A stretch of 64,000 nucleotides of DNA from Ylistrum balloti (taxonomy: Eukaryota). The notes under the pieces were generated by a model. It had not been told where the DNA came from, made no database searches, and saw only the letters and a list, made by a program, of their open reading frames with translations. The stretch's first letter is position 1, and each line of letters starts with the position of its first letter. The position numbers and the translations under genes are program-made. Shown piece after piece: positions 37,001-47,432 of the stretch. The stretch is from positions 1 through 64,000 of the forward strand of contig NW_026783096.1 in the NCBI RefSeq assembly GCF_031769215.1, given 5' to 3'.

Positions 37001-40000
37001 GTAACATTCCAGGCTAGACTCCCGGGTGACAAGTTGGAGAAATGTTGTGATCTGATTCACAGCTTTTTAAGTAGAGATAAGTACCATTTACGTGAGCTTC
37101 AGAGTTTAATTGGTCTCCTTAACTTTGCATGTTCTGTTGTGATACCAGGTAGGCCATTTTTGAGAAGACTTATTAATCTTACAATAGGTGCTGCGCATTA
37201 CCGTATCAGGTTGACGCGGGAGGTCAAGGCAGATTTGAGCATGTGGTTAACCTTTCTAGCTCATTTTAATGGTTGTAATTTTTTCATACAAGAACAATTT
37301 GTCTCAAATGATACCTTGCAGCTGCATACAGATGCTGCTAGCACTCTAGGTTATGGAGCTATTTTTAAGGAGCAGTGGTTTAATGGTTCCTTTCCTGCTG
37401 ATTGGAAAGTGTATCACATTTCTAATCTGGAATTTTACCCCATTTTACTAGCCTTGAAAGTTTGGGGTTCACTGTGGAAAAAACACAGTATCTTATTCTT
37501 TACAGATAATGAGGCTCTGGTGCTTGTCATAAATAAGCAAACCAGCAAGGATCCAACATTATTGCATATGGTGCGATGGTTGGTTTTGCATTGCTTACGT
37601 CTTAATATTAACTTTCGAGCAAAGCATATTCCGGGTGTTAAAAATGATCAGGCTGGCTCTCTTTCTCGGTTGCAGATGGAAGCTTTCAGGGTCCTTGCAC
37701 CATCTGCTCAGAGAGAACCTGTGTTTGTACCAGAAACGTTCATTCCACAGGCCTTTTCAAACACATTGAAGAACTTTTAGCGTCGTCTTTAGCTCCTTCC
37801 AGTAAAGCAATTTATACTAGGGCTTGAAACCTTTTTGACCAGTTCGCTATGACACAGGGTTTTTCATCAGGGAGTGCTTGCATCTCTCCTTGTCATATTG
37901 CTCTATTTGTTGCCCATCTGCATCATAAACAATGTTCACTTAAGACTATTTCAACATATTTGTCAGCAGGAGCATATGTACATAAGCTTCTGCACAATTT
38001 TGACCCTACAGAGTCTTTCTTAGTGAAGAAATTAGTTGCAGGTTGTTATAGATTAAGTCCTTCAGTGGATATGAGACTACCAATTACGGTTGAAGTGTTG
38101 AACACGATACTTAAGGCTCTACAGCATGTTGCTCAGAATGCATTTGAAACTGCTTTGTTTCAAGCAATGTTTCTTTTTGCTTTTAGTACATTTGCTCGAG
38201 TTGGTGAGATTGCAGCAACAGAAAGTACTGTTAATCTGGTTCAGTTTCAACATTTTACATTCTCAAGATTACAGACTCCACCTACTGTTCATGTGGATTT
38301 TTATAATTTCAAACATAACCTGCAAAAGAAACGTCATGCTATTACATTTAGTCATGGCCCTGCGGTCTTCTCTGCGGTAACGGCACTTAATACTTACCTC
38401 ACATATAGAGGCAAGGGAGAGGGTCCTGTCTTTTTACTACTGAATCAGAAACCTGTGCCACGTGCTTGCTTTGACCGTATGTTAAAGTCCTGTTTGGCAT
38501 TCGCAGGCTTGGACAGTTCTGTGTACAAAGGTCACAGTTTTCGTATTGGGGCAGCATCATATTGGTCACAGAGAGGCACGTCAGACTCTCAGCTTCGTTC
38601 TTGTGGTAGATGGTCCTCAAATGCTTTCAGAAAGTCAGCTGCTCCATAACCGGATTGCTGGGGCCATTTGGTTATCTTTATGTAGCTGTTTAATAGGGCT
38701 AGTACCTCTTTAAAGCCTAAATACTGCTATTTTTAATGGACCCACCTGTCAGTCGACATCATGTCAAGTGTATGTTTGACAAACTTGCTGCATTTCAATA
38801 TTTTGGATACACCCCTTTTCTTACATGGATGCTCTTTTTGTGCTGGGTAAACTTTGCGTACGGTGACATTATTGTTTTATATTCCGGACACAATTTTAGT
38901 TGTCAGAGCTTGCTTGGGCCAGTTCTGTCACCTGATATTTGAGGTGCTCACATTTATAACTTTTGCCGTGGTGTGTTATGGACTGTGTGGTGCACTTGTT
39001 GTGCACTGCCTTTGCGGCCGTTTATTTTGCAATCATCTTATTTAACTTGTAATGTGTATATATGTATCTTGTTCTGATGGTGCATATTTTTTCAGAGCTT
39101 TTCTTTTTGCAGCTATATGTTTTGATTATGCATGTTTTAACAGAGCTTGCTTGGGCAAGTTTTGTCACACCGATTTATGGCCATTAGCCCTCTGGCTCAG
39201 GTTCCTGTTAGTCGGTCATGTTCGTTGTGCCCTTATGCATCATTTTGATGCTGAAGATAGATAGTTTCAGACCTTGCGGTCTCTGTTAACAATTTTTAAC
39301 TATTGTCTATTGGTATTTTTTCTTTTCATTTTCATATGCAATGTTTAGTTTAGTAAATTCTTTGTAAATGTGAAGCATCAACCAGTTTGGTCTGGTAGAT
39401 GTAGATCAAGTGTCTTCACATTCATCGGATTAAGTTCATTTTGGTATACTAATAAGAATCTTGTTGGATCTTGCTTGGGCCAGGTCCATTGTTTTTGTTT
39501 GTTGCCAATGTGTATATTCAATCAAAAGATAACTATGTGGCTTGGGTAGTTTTGTATGGGTTTCCAGCCTTGTATTTCCACAACTTTAATATTCATAGGT
39601 CGCCTTTGTAGGGAAGACATTTTGTCATGTCTTTGTGGCGGTTTTTTTGTTAACCCCACATTGGCTTTTTATAATTACTAAAAAATAATCTTTTGTTCAT
39701 TTTACGGTTTTTGTAACTGTAAGACATGTTTTTAATTTCATAAATAAATACAAAGTCACCCTCTCTGTAAGGGTGGCCTTTTTCATTCATACTCATTGTT
39801 GTGTCGTTTCTTGTCGTAGTGTGCAGATACATAAAAGGCAGCTAAGGCATTAGCTTAATTTATGTATCGGAAACACTATACAAGATATTTTTATTGTCAA
39901 AATTTTTGTTCAATATATATACGAGTTATTCCCCTTGATTTTCTTTCCAAAAATAACTAAGAGTTATGTCCCTTGAATTAGAGGGTCATCGGTCATCTGA

Positions 40001-42544
40001 TTGGTCAGTTACTTTCGCGCGGATGCTGAGACCCCTCTCATAACGCAGCCATCTTTATTTGTATCAATACGTAGTTCAATTAGTGGAGTGGATTTGCATT
40101 TGTTATGCAAAATTTACCCACCCACTTCCACCCTATCATCTGTTATATAGTAACGTTATTTATTATCAGCAATTGTGGCGGTTTTTTTGTTAACCCCACA
40201 TTGGCTTTTTATTATAATTACTAAAAAATAATCTTTTGTTCATTTTACGGTTTTTATAACTGTAAGATATGTTTTTAATTTCATAAATAAATACAAAGTC
40301 ACCCTCTCTGTAAGGGTGGCCTTTTTCATTCATACTCATTGTTGTGTCGTTTCTTGTCGTAGTGTGCAGATACATAAAAGTGTATAAATGCCCCTTGGGG
40401 AAAAATTCGTTACAACGATACATCAGTAGAAAATCGTTCCGTTATTAGTGTGTCATTTCGTAATTTGGTTTTACTGATTAAAAAAAGCTTTCGGTATAAT
40501 GTTACAATATCATTCAATTTTTTAAGTCAAGCTAAACCACGTGTGTACTAGAAAGGTAATGATCAAATTACTGCATAAGGTGTGAAGTATCAGCACAGGT
40601 AGGTAAACCTGTCGTTAATCCCTTAATTGGCTGCTGTCATGTCGGACACCTGTCAAGTGTGACACAGGTGGATTACATGTTCGAGGAAAACATTGGAATA
40701 TACTATGGTAATATTAGGGTACGGGGATAAATATGAGTTCGACGAAAAGGGGGTATTCGACGAATAGCGGTTCGAGAAATCCGGGGTTTTATAACATAGA
40801 ATATATAAGGAAACGGTAGGGACCGAGCGGGCAGTTCGACGAATACAGGGTATTCGTGGAATGCGGGTTCGAGTAAGTGGGGTTTTGCTGTAATTAGATC
40901 TACTCAAAAAAGGAAAACATTTGTATTGAGCAAATTACTTTCTCAAAGTTCAAGTTCTAATCGCTGACATATCCCTCAGAAGGGCTTTAAAATTGCATTT
41001 TCATTTCAAAATCGCTTCCAATAACAGTTGGAAATTGGACCGCCATTTGATTATTTGAAGGAATTGCAAACACAAACAAAATACATTTGACCGAATATAA
41101 GAATCATAGTAAACAAAACTAAAGCAGGTTTTTATTTCCGTATTTATCAGAAAGATCGCCCATTGTGACAGGATGAAGTAGACATATTGGTCAAACGTCG
41201 GCGACAATATCCCGATTTATTATTATCCACCCAAATGTCGCGGTATTAACGAAATCTGTATGACCATTTAAATTTGTCGTATTTGCCTACCTCAGAAAAT
41301 GGAAAATAGTGTCGGAAGCATTTCTTTCAGCAGAATCATCCTGCTTTGTACTTATCCTCATTTGCATTGTGTCACTTTTTTAAGATTGATTTCGACAGAT
41401 TCTGATTTTCCGCATTTGCTGTGTAGGTGTTACCAATTCAGACCTTGGCTCCACTGTATTTAATTCTGAATATGTGTTTGAAAGATGATTTTGATGTGTG
41501 TGTATTTTGCATAATGTTATTCGGGAGGTGTCGTAACACCATACAAATACAGCGCTTCATGGATATACCATTACCTTTGTTTACTTGTATTTCCACATTG
41601 ATCAGTTTGTAAGGGTATGAACTGTTTTTTACAATGACGTAGACTGGATGACGTATGGTTGTTTCAAAAAGACAGGAAATATATGTATTTCATAAACGCG
41701 TATCATCTAACTTGCTCTTTTCCGTGATGGGGGAATAAGTTTCATTCTTAAATAATTGAACGAAGTTTTCAAGATTGTTGATTATATGAGATACACTACA
41801 AACAAAACAATTCGTGATTTTTATAGATATGATATCAAATCTACACTGTTTACCTTAATAAACAACAAATTTAATAATGACATGTCAACATAAGAAGATA
41901 AGAACAAAAGAAAGATTAACATGGCGACCCTTAGAATATTAAAAGGCACCAACCATGTAAATCATAATGAATCCACGCGAGTGACGTCACGATAACGATG
42001 TAAACAAAAACGATATTATGAATTTCAAATATCAAACATTTTGCTTGAAAAATCAATACAAATCTTTCCTTTTGTCCCATGAAATAATTTTGCAGATGAA
42101 CTAGGGAGGACATTATTACATTTTGAAATCTTTGTAATAACAATATCAAAGTATTTAGGGGAGGCAATTTATCGGCTGATGCTTAACTGATGAAGTAATC
42201 ATGAAAAGTACCTCAAATATACTTGTAACCTCCAATCTCTTCAGTGTAGGCACCAAAAGATGTCGATTCAAAAGGTCAGCAAAGAAGTAACCAAAGTTTG
42301 CCATATACCACTGCATACCATACATGTACACTTCCGCCGGAACACCCAACATCGTGATGCCTGATTCATAGGAAACTACTAGCGATATTGCCACTGGGAT
42401 AGCGGCCATTTGTCCACTGCCCAATAAATACTGGGAAGTTGTCTTGTGTTTTCTTCCTTTCAAAGACTGATACAGACCAACTCCAAGTGACGTCATCACT
42501 GCTACGGCAATGATAGCATAATCCTCCCATTTCAGAAACGCCAT
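21969..42544 (-). CDS. SLC5-family sodium:solute symporter (SMVT/SMCT/NIS clade, SLC5A6/A8/A12-like), whole gene span, at least 595 codons in 15 traced exons
   Basis: Exons join in frame with canonical GT-AG sites. Motifs include YLLG..QM..IPVAISL, LGVPAEVYMYG, YLELRY, GGFQAVVWSDVVQ, FDPDPTLRQTFWS, GCDPL, PGLYLAAIFSASLSTMSS and LYSISYKW. The 3' end is uncertain. Confidence 0.92.
22329..22453 (-). CDS. SLC5 exon 15 (125 nt)
   Basis: ccag|AG TCA GAT...GAT GAC|gtaagt; encodes SDAVDKSLTVPVGDLLCSCIPKSSRRKYCCGSKYH. Confidence 0.8.
22701..22801 (-). CDS. SLC5 exon 14 (101 nt)
   Basis: tttcag|A GAA...AGA C|gtaagt; encodes EGVNILYSISYKWLRPIGIFTVLIAGSLISRLR. Confidence 0.88.
23445..23692 (-). CDS. 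SLC5 exon 13 (248 nt)
   Basis: tacag|GGA GCC ATG...GGA CC|gtacgt; encodes GAMVSGCMSCALVGWLAIG plus a Ser/Thr/Asn-rich extracellular loop. Confidence 0.88.
24286..24372 (-). CDS. SLC5 exon 12 (87 nt)
   Basis: tttcag|ATA TTC...TCA TTG|gtaaga; encodes IFRTTSSCLRGAIIGIFLLGLFCPRANSL. Confidence 0.85.
24514..25431 (+). mobile_element. Non-autonomous Helentron/Helitron-associated interspersed element (HINE/DINE-1 type)
   Basis: 5' ttaggtcgcctg, a (gtgcgtc)-type microsatellite, a duplicated core 'gactt..ctcaagaacc...agattttgaccaaacttggcacaaag' (~24578 and ~25030), and 3' caggtgaccgctaa plus the hairpin aggccccttgggcct followed by cttgtt. Confidence 0.7.
24852..24867 (+). promoter_or_regulatory. CTCF-consensus motif inside the HINE-type element
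   Basis: ccactagggggcgcta matches the CTCF core consensus; binding is not shown. Confidence 0.35.
26069..26139 (-). CDS. SLC5 exon 11 (71 nt)
   Basis: ccaccag|TC CTG GTG...GTA CAG|gtaata; encodes LVFGAIGVVVAFLVSGLEGPIVQ. Confidence 0.9.
26426..26538 (-). CDS. SLC5 exon 10 (113 nt)
   Basis: tcttcag|C ACA ATG...TCA G|gtaaga; encodes TMSSTVSGLSTLFWEDIVKP. Confidence 0.9.
26931..26945 (-). promoter_or_regulatory. CTCF-consensus motif in SLC5 intron 9
   Basis: The reverse complement ccaccagagggcgca matches the CTCF core consensus; binding is not shown. Confidence 0.35.
27837..27925 (-). CDS. SLC5 exon 9 (89 nt)
   Basis: tttcag|TTA ATT...TTG AG|gtaggg; encodes LIAKMVVDIFKNTPCLPGLYLAAIFSASLS. 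Confidence 0.9.
28594..28729 (-). CDS. SLC5 exon 8 (136 nt)
   Basis: tttcag|A ATG TAC...AAC CAG|gtaagt; encodes MYLFTAF...GVVLFAYYNAKGCDPLESKEVNNPNQ. Confidence 0.92.
29729..29866 (-). CDS. SLC5 exon 7 (138 nt)
   Basis: atcag|C TTT GAT CCT...AAG AG|gtgtgt; encodes FDPDPTLRQTFWSLVVG...QVSFLRIKATPTVKSAK. Confidence 0.92.
30208..30281 (-). CDS. SLC5 exon 6 (74 nt)
   Basis: aatcag|GGT ACC...TTC AA|gtatga; encodes GTIDAGGIAATWTSFSDKGRMNLF. Confidence 0.9.
30486..30566 (-). CDS. SLC5 exon 5 (81 nt)
   Basis: ttctag|GGG GGA TTT...ATC AAG|gtaat; encodes GGFQAVVWSDVVQAILMFGGIFVLLIK. Confidence 0.93.
31280..31640 (+). mobile_element. Penelope-like RT C-terminal / 3' fragment
   Basis: Encodes ...RQLTDKLVTQGLKRCRLMK followed by the same 3' sequence as ~35045-35400. 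Confidence 0.6.
31792..31859 (-). CDS. SLC5 exon 4 (68 nt)
   Basis: ttgtag|TG GCG GAG...TAC ATT|gtaagt; encodes AEIPDWVSIVGVMVVVVIYTYI. Confidence 0.9.
32086..32137 (-). CDS. SLC5 exon 3 (52 nt)
   Basis: tttgcag|CTA AAC TAC...GAG G|gtaagg; encodes LNYLGTVLFVPAVTLEE. Confidence 0.9.
34642..34710 (-). CDS. SLC5 exon 2 (69 nt)
   Basis: attgcag|TAT TTA GAA...TCA GGG|gtaggt; encodes YLELRYKSHGIRMFATVLSIISG. Confidence 0.92.
34870..35410 (+). mobile_element. Penelope-like RT fragment plus 3' region
   Basis: SELTFKDTTDSSTSAAYL motif, then 'aggttgatgaaaattatg...ccggaacacctggt...ttttcaggagtc' shared with 31280-31640. Confidence 0.65.
35730..35990 (+). mobile_element. Tc1 transposase C-terminal fragment
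   Basis: Translates as NNVNVLPWPEMLPVMSHIEHVWDEMLRR*RHLQNQPLTL, a degenerate WP..SPD..PIEHVW motif. Confidence 0.75.
36992..37780 (+). pseudogene. 5'-truncated RT C-terminus plus RNase H of the YR retroelement
   Basis: RLPGDKL...LRELQSLIGLLNFAC..PGRPFLRRL; RNase H motifs LHTDAA, LEFYP and FTDNEA; the last Asp is replaced by Gly (NDQAGSLSR). The ATG comes from the deletion junction. Confidence 0.85.
37765..38649 (+). pseudogene. Tyrosine recombinase of the retroelement, inactivated
   Basis: Motifs FARVGEI, KGHSFRIGAAS and GRWSS. There is an in-frame TGA at 37825-37827 (YTRA*), and the catalytic Tyr expected after GRW..AF is absent (AFRKSAAP*). Confidence 0.88.
42212..42544 (-). CDS. SLC5 exon 1 coding part (333 nt)
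   Basis: ATG at 42544; encodes MAFLKWEDYAII...YLLGSGQMAAIPVAISLVVSYESGITMLGVPAEVYMYGMQW...VTSIFE, then the donor gtactt. Confidence 0.95.
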
Positions 42545-42929
42545 TTCAGTGTCAACTGTCAGTTATCTGAATAAAAAGAAAAAAAATGAATTAACTGTAT
42601 TAATACATCGGGGAAACGAGTCTTTTGGACCCAGATATTCCTTAGTGTGGTTGTATATGTTGCTTCATGTACATCGATTCATTAAAGTATTAATACGAAC
42701 TATACTAAGTTTTGACTAAATCGCTGAGGTCACGATGTCTATGATGCATTAGTTAAATGGGGTATCGAGTGTTGCATAGTCATATACCAAATCTAAATTT
42801 TCTATGTATTTATCTTTTTAACAAAAGGAACACCTTCAGTGACTGTAATTCGTATTCCACCAGCCAAACGACATGTCTCTGTTGACAAAGTACGTTCTGT
42901 TTATTGGAGCGGTAACCAATAGCGATGCT

Positions 42930-43385
42930 ATGTATACATCTTTGTATTTAAAGGAGCTGGATGTTGTCTATTTATATGGGTATCTTATTTTAGTAGCCAT
43001 GCATTATTAGTCTAATCTCAGATATTTCTGTCAAAATGTGTTTGTTTTTCTCAATATTTCTTTCTATAAGAAAAAAGAGTATCAATCCCCCAGTTTTATT
43101 AGAGGCACTGTGTTACGGCAGCCATTTTGGCCATAACAACAAAAACATCACATGATTCGTAGTTTCGATCAAATTTTTCTGGTATCAATTATATAAGTTG
43201 TACTTAAAATATTCTGATAATGGATTAATTTGATAGCAAATACATATTTACAATGTTAAAAAGCTTTATAAATTGCTAGTTTTCAACGTATTAGCAACAA
43301 CAGAAAATTACCTTGTCTATTAAATATGCCTCTCCTTCCTAAATATGTGTCTTGGTCGTGTACAGGTAGTGTTATGAAATGCTGT
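42930..43385 (+). repeat. Third copy of the ~450-bp repeat seen at 1-480
   Basis: Same conserved blocks; homology stops after 'gtacaggtagtgtt'. Confidence 0.8.
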
Positions 43386-44149
43386 GAACGTTTATACAGT
43401 GATTTTACGGTGGATGGACCATTCAACAGTGATCCGCTTGAAGTGTTTGAAGCTTTGGTGTTTTTTGTCAAGAATGCAAGCTATTAAGCAGTTTGTATTT
43501 TTGCATGTTTGATATTTAAAATATGTAGATGATATTTGAAGATAACCGGCGTTTGAGATGTCCTTATTGTATGGTATATTTGACTTGTCTCACATTACGT
43601 CTGTAACAAAGGCTTACACATGTAATTTACCTGTCCCTTTAAATGACGCTTGAACGTTTATTACAATGGAAAAAACCAGAAAGTTGACTTTGATGTGATA
43701 TTTTGGCAATTGTTAAGGAAAGGTGTACTTGCATTGAGTGCGTTTGTGTAGCCGTGCGTAACGGACGATAGTGCTAACAGCCATGGCAAATCTATATTTA
43801 AAAGCAATATTGTGGCATATTTTAATAATGAGGAAAAACGCTAGTGAATATGAAATAGAGTATTTACGACGGTTTTCTGTCTAAACGTGTGTGTAGATCC
43901 GAAAACCAGTCCTCATGCCAAAAGTATGCAAGTGAAATATATCATTTATATGAATATATTCAAGGCAACATCAGTGAAAAGGTCCTACAAAAAGTGTAAT
44001 GAGTCAACATGGATTACGGAGCGCTTCATCTAGGCGGTATGGACGTCTCCATCGTATGCGTTACCAGTCCTAAGCCAAGCGATGGCCAACATCGAAACAG
44101 AAATTAATTTAGCGCGATTGACCATATTGCTATACGGCTAAAAGACAAA

Positions 44150-45272
44150 AATCACGAAATCGCTGATGATCCAAATCGTGTTTTTATTACGAATGTGATG
44201 GAATTAAAGCAGATAATCCAGGCAAACAATGACAGTATCACAGCCCGTCGGAATAGTATAGAAAAATCAATGAACGCTGACTTGAAAAATATGAAATGTA
44301 TCCTTGAGGAGAAAAATATTGAAATTGGGCGATTGAAAACGCAGTTGGAACAATATAAGGAAATGAGATACAATCTCGAACCTGTAACCCTGCAGTTCGG
44401 TTTTAGGAAAGAGATGGGTGCGATTCTAGCTATTTTTAGTGACAAAGAGGTTGTGTATTTTTTCACTGGAATGGAAGTCACTGCTTTACATTCCTTTCCT
44501 TGATAGCGAGAAAGCTTTTGACATCATATGGTGAAATGGTCTTTTTTATAAACTTTATGAGCGTGGTATTCGAGGGAAAATTTGGAAACTTACCTTCAAT
44601 TCTTATGTGAACACTAAAGTATGTATCTGATTGAAGAGCTAACTCAGTAATTACATGAAAATCTCGCGCGAGGTAGGCCAGTGGAAAATTCTCAGCACTT
44701 TTATGTTTGAATTATATGTAGATGAATTGATGAAGATTTTATGTGAGATAAAGTGTGGTGTTAACATTTTGAGCATGCATAATCCTGGGATTTTACTAGC
44801 TGATGAACTAACTAAATCCAGCCTACAAGATCCGCTTGAAGCGTCACGAACATACGCCTTCAATGGACAACTAAAATATAACGTTACCAAGAGTGCCGTT
44901 ATTATGTTTAACAACAGAAATCAATCGGTGAAACATGACTTCTGCATAGGGGTAAAATAATGATGGCCGATTTATGAATGTTTTACTTGGAGGAGAAATT
45001 ATGGCATCGGAAATAAGTCTCGAGAACTGAACTTCACTTATGACTGAGTCTGCAAACACAATATGCGTATTAAAGCCTGCACTTCTACATTGGTAGCAGC
45101 GCCTGTAGTGTTAATTCACATTTCTCACTTTAACAATAATTACATTGCTATGGGCCAAACCATTCCTTGTACATAGTTGTTTCATTTTCTATATTTCTAT
45201 AATCATATTTTGTTGAATCAAATTTCACATGTTGGAGGGAATAAAGATATTCAATTCAATTCAATTCAAATA
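44150..45272 (+). mobile_element. Degraded non-LTR retrotransposon (LINE): coiled-coil ORF1-like remnant, RT fragment and (ATTCA)n tail
   Basis: GQWKILSTFMFELYVDELM...ILLADE...KYNVTKSAVIMF corresponds to RT motifs QG..LSP, ADD and LKYN..KS. The 3' end reads aataaagatattcaattcaattcaattcaa. Confidence 0.7.
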
Positions 45273-45928
45273 TATTGAAGAGGTAACCAAGAGAACTGTT
45301 ATGTATACACCTCTGTATGTAAGAAATTGGATGCTGTCTATTTATAGTTGCCATGCATTATTTGTCTAATCTGTAATATTTCTATCAAAATGTGCTTGGT
45401 TTTCTCAATATTTCTTTCTATAAGAAACAATAATGTTAATTTCCCAGTTCTATTTGAGGCACTATGTTACGGCAGCCATTTTGGCCATATAAACAAAGCA
45501 TCACATGATTCTTAGTTATGATCAAATATTCTTGCAGCAATTACATAAGTTGTACTTAAAATATTCTGATAATGGGTTAATTTGATAGAAAGATCCTATT
45601 TATCATGTAAAAAGAGTTTTATAAGTTGCTAGTTTTCAACATAGTAGCAACCACAGAATGTTACCTTGTCTATTTAATATGCCTCTTCTTCCATGTCTTG
45701 GTCGTGTACAGGTAGTGTTTTGAACATGCTGACTGTCACATCTGGCAAGTCCTGCAGTGATTTGACTTACTTAGATGTGCTATGCGTGACAATACGATAA
45801 CGCCGTCTCAGATAGTCATTTAGAAAAGTATCTTCATACATACATCAATGTCATAAATGTTTTTTTATTTATTCTTATCTAAAAAATAAAGTCATTTCAA
45901 TTATTCGGATTTAGTTCCATCCCCATAA

Positions 45929-45967
<39 letters not shown>

Positions 45968-47069
45968 AAATATATTCATATATATAATACATAATTCTCA
46001 GTGATCCACTTCAAACATTTTATATTACTGTAATTTTCTCATTATAAAATTTTGATTTTTTCCCTGCACATATTTGTGATACAGTTGATTATAACCAATA
46101 TACTGAATACAGGGATATTTTGACACGGAAGCAGTCCGAAATAGGACCTTCAATATTTTCCATCTTCAATAGATCTAAAATATAAAACGACAACAGATGT
46201 TTTACAAGCACTCCATAAACGCCATTAGATCTTCAGGTGAAAGAAGGAAAATCTGGACAAACTTGTTTTCGCCTTTACGATTAAGAAAAAATTACGAAAA
46301 ATGCATATTTAACCATCTTTCCTTTATTCATTTATTATTTATTTATAAAAGTGACTAGAACCTAATTAATTTGGTGCATACAATTTGATATTTGATACGT
46401 GCAAGACACATACTACATGTACATTTACAATAGAATATGTGCAAAATTGACCACAGTGAACTTAATGGTAATAAGAACAGGAGCAATATCTCATCCAGTA
46501 TCTGATCCATGATCGCTTTTATCAATATCACTATTATAATCTTATCCGTTATTACAATTGTCTAATGCACCATCACTTTTATTAATATGATTATCGTTTT
46601 AATATGATCATGATCGCCATTATTGATATTAATTATGCTGTAAGTAAATCCGTGATCACCTGTTTTAACAGTAATATTTTTATAACTCCTGGTAATTGCT
46701 TCTTCTCCCTCCCAATGACACTACCTTGCCTAAATCATTCGCATTTCCGCTTCACCGTGTCTCATAAACTCCATGCCCATCAGCTTATCAGTACATCTTT
46801 ATGCCTATTTATGATAAGATCATTGTATGTCTTTAAAATATATTGTACTTACTTAACTAACTACGTTTAAATTTACTTATCAAAAACTTACAGGCAGGTC
46901 ATACTTATTTCAAATGATTCCTTTCTTAAGTCACCTTCTGTGTATGTATAATATATAAAACACCTGGTAATAAAAATATATTACTTATATCTTAATCATC
47001 CTTCAATTTAAACCTATTACGCAAACATTCTAGAAGTATTCTATTAATCACCTAATTAGTACTACAATG

Positions 47070-47432
47070 TAACACTCGGAATGTTGCGTCATATATATGT
47101 AGATACAGTACTATTAATTATCATACTTAGTACTAACACTCGGAATGTGACACTACATATCTGTAGAAACAGTAATATTAATTATCATACTAAGTACTAA
47201 CACTCGGAGTATCACACTACATATTTATAGATACAGTACTATTAATTATCATACTTAGAACTAACACTCAGTGTGTCACACTATATACGTTAGATACAGT
47301 ACTATTAATTGTCATACATAGTACTAACACTCGGAGTGTCACACTACATATCTGTAGATACAGTACTATTAATTATCATACTTAGAACTAACACTCAGTG
47401 TGTCACACTCTATACGTTAGATACAGTACTGG
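47070..47432 (+). repeat. 64-bp minisatellite, copy 2 (about 5-6 units)
   Basis: Same unit as 2329-2792. Confidence 0.92.

Larger units (their letters stand above)
36968..40380 (+). mobile_element. Internally deleted Ngaro-type (DIRS order) tyrosine-recombinase retrotransposon with split direct repeats A1...B1-A2-B2
   Basis: A1 remnant 36968-37000 equals the start of A2 (39838-39870); B1 39633-39837 is nearly identical to B2 40173-40380. RT-thumb/RNase H is followed by an overlapping YR, with no methyltransferase domain. Confidence 0.85.
36723..40890. mobile_element. TA-flanked non-autonomous TIR DNA transposon (Tc1/mariner-pogo-type MITE) interrupted by the Ngaro-type element
   Basis: Left end ta|cagtaaagccccgctaagtcgaactc; the reverse complement of the right end is cagcaaaaccccacttactcgaaccc, followed by ta. 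About 20 of 26 positions match. Confidence 0.6.

Noticed and set aside
37849-38649. Phage integrase or horizontally acquired recombinase
   Set aside because: It overlaps an RT/RNase H frame and is bounded by split direct repeats, so it is the YR of a DIRS-order retroelement. It also carries an upstream in-frame stop and lacks the catalytic Tyr.
22329-42544. Choline transporter (SLC5A7) forming a cholinergic locus with the nAChR-like genes
   Set aside because: Motifs (FDPDPT.R.TFWS, GCDPL, YLELRY) and exon layout fit the SMVT/SMCT/NIS clade, not the high-affinity choline transporter.
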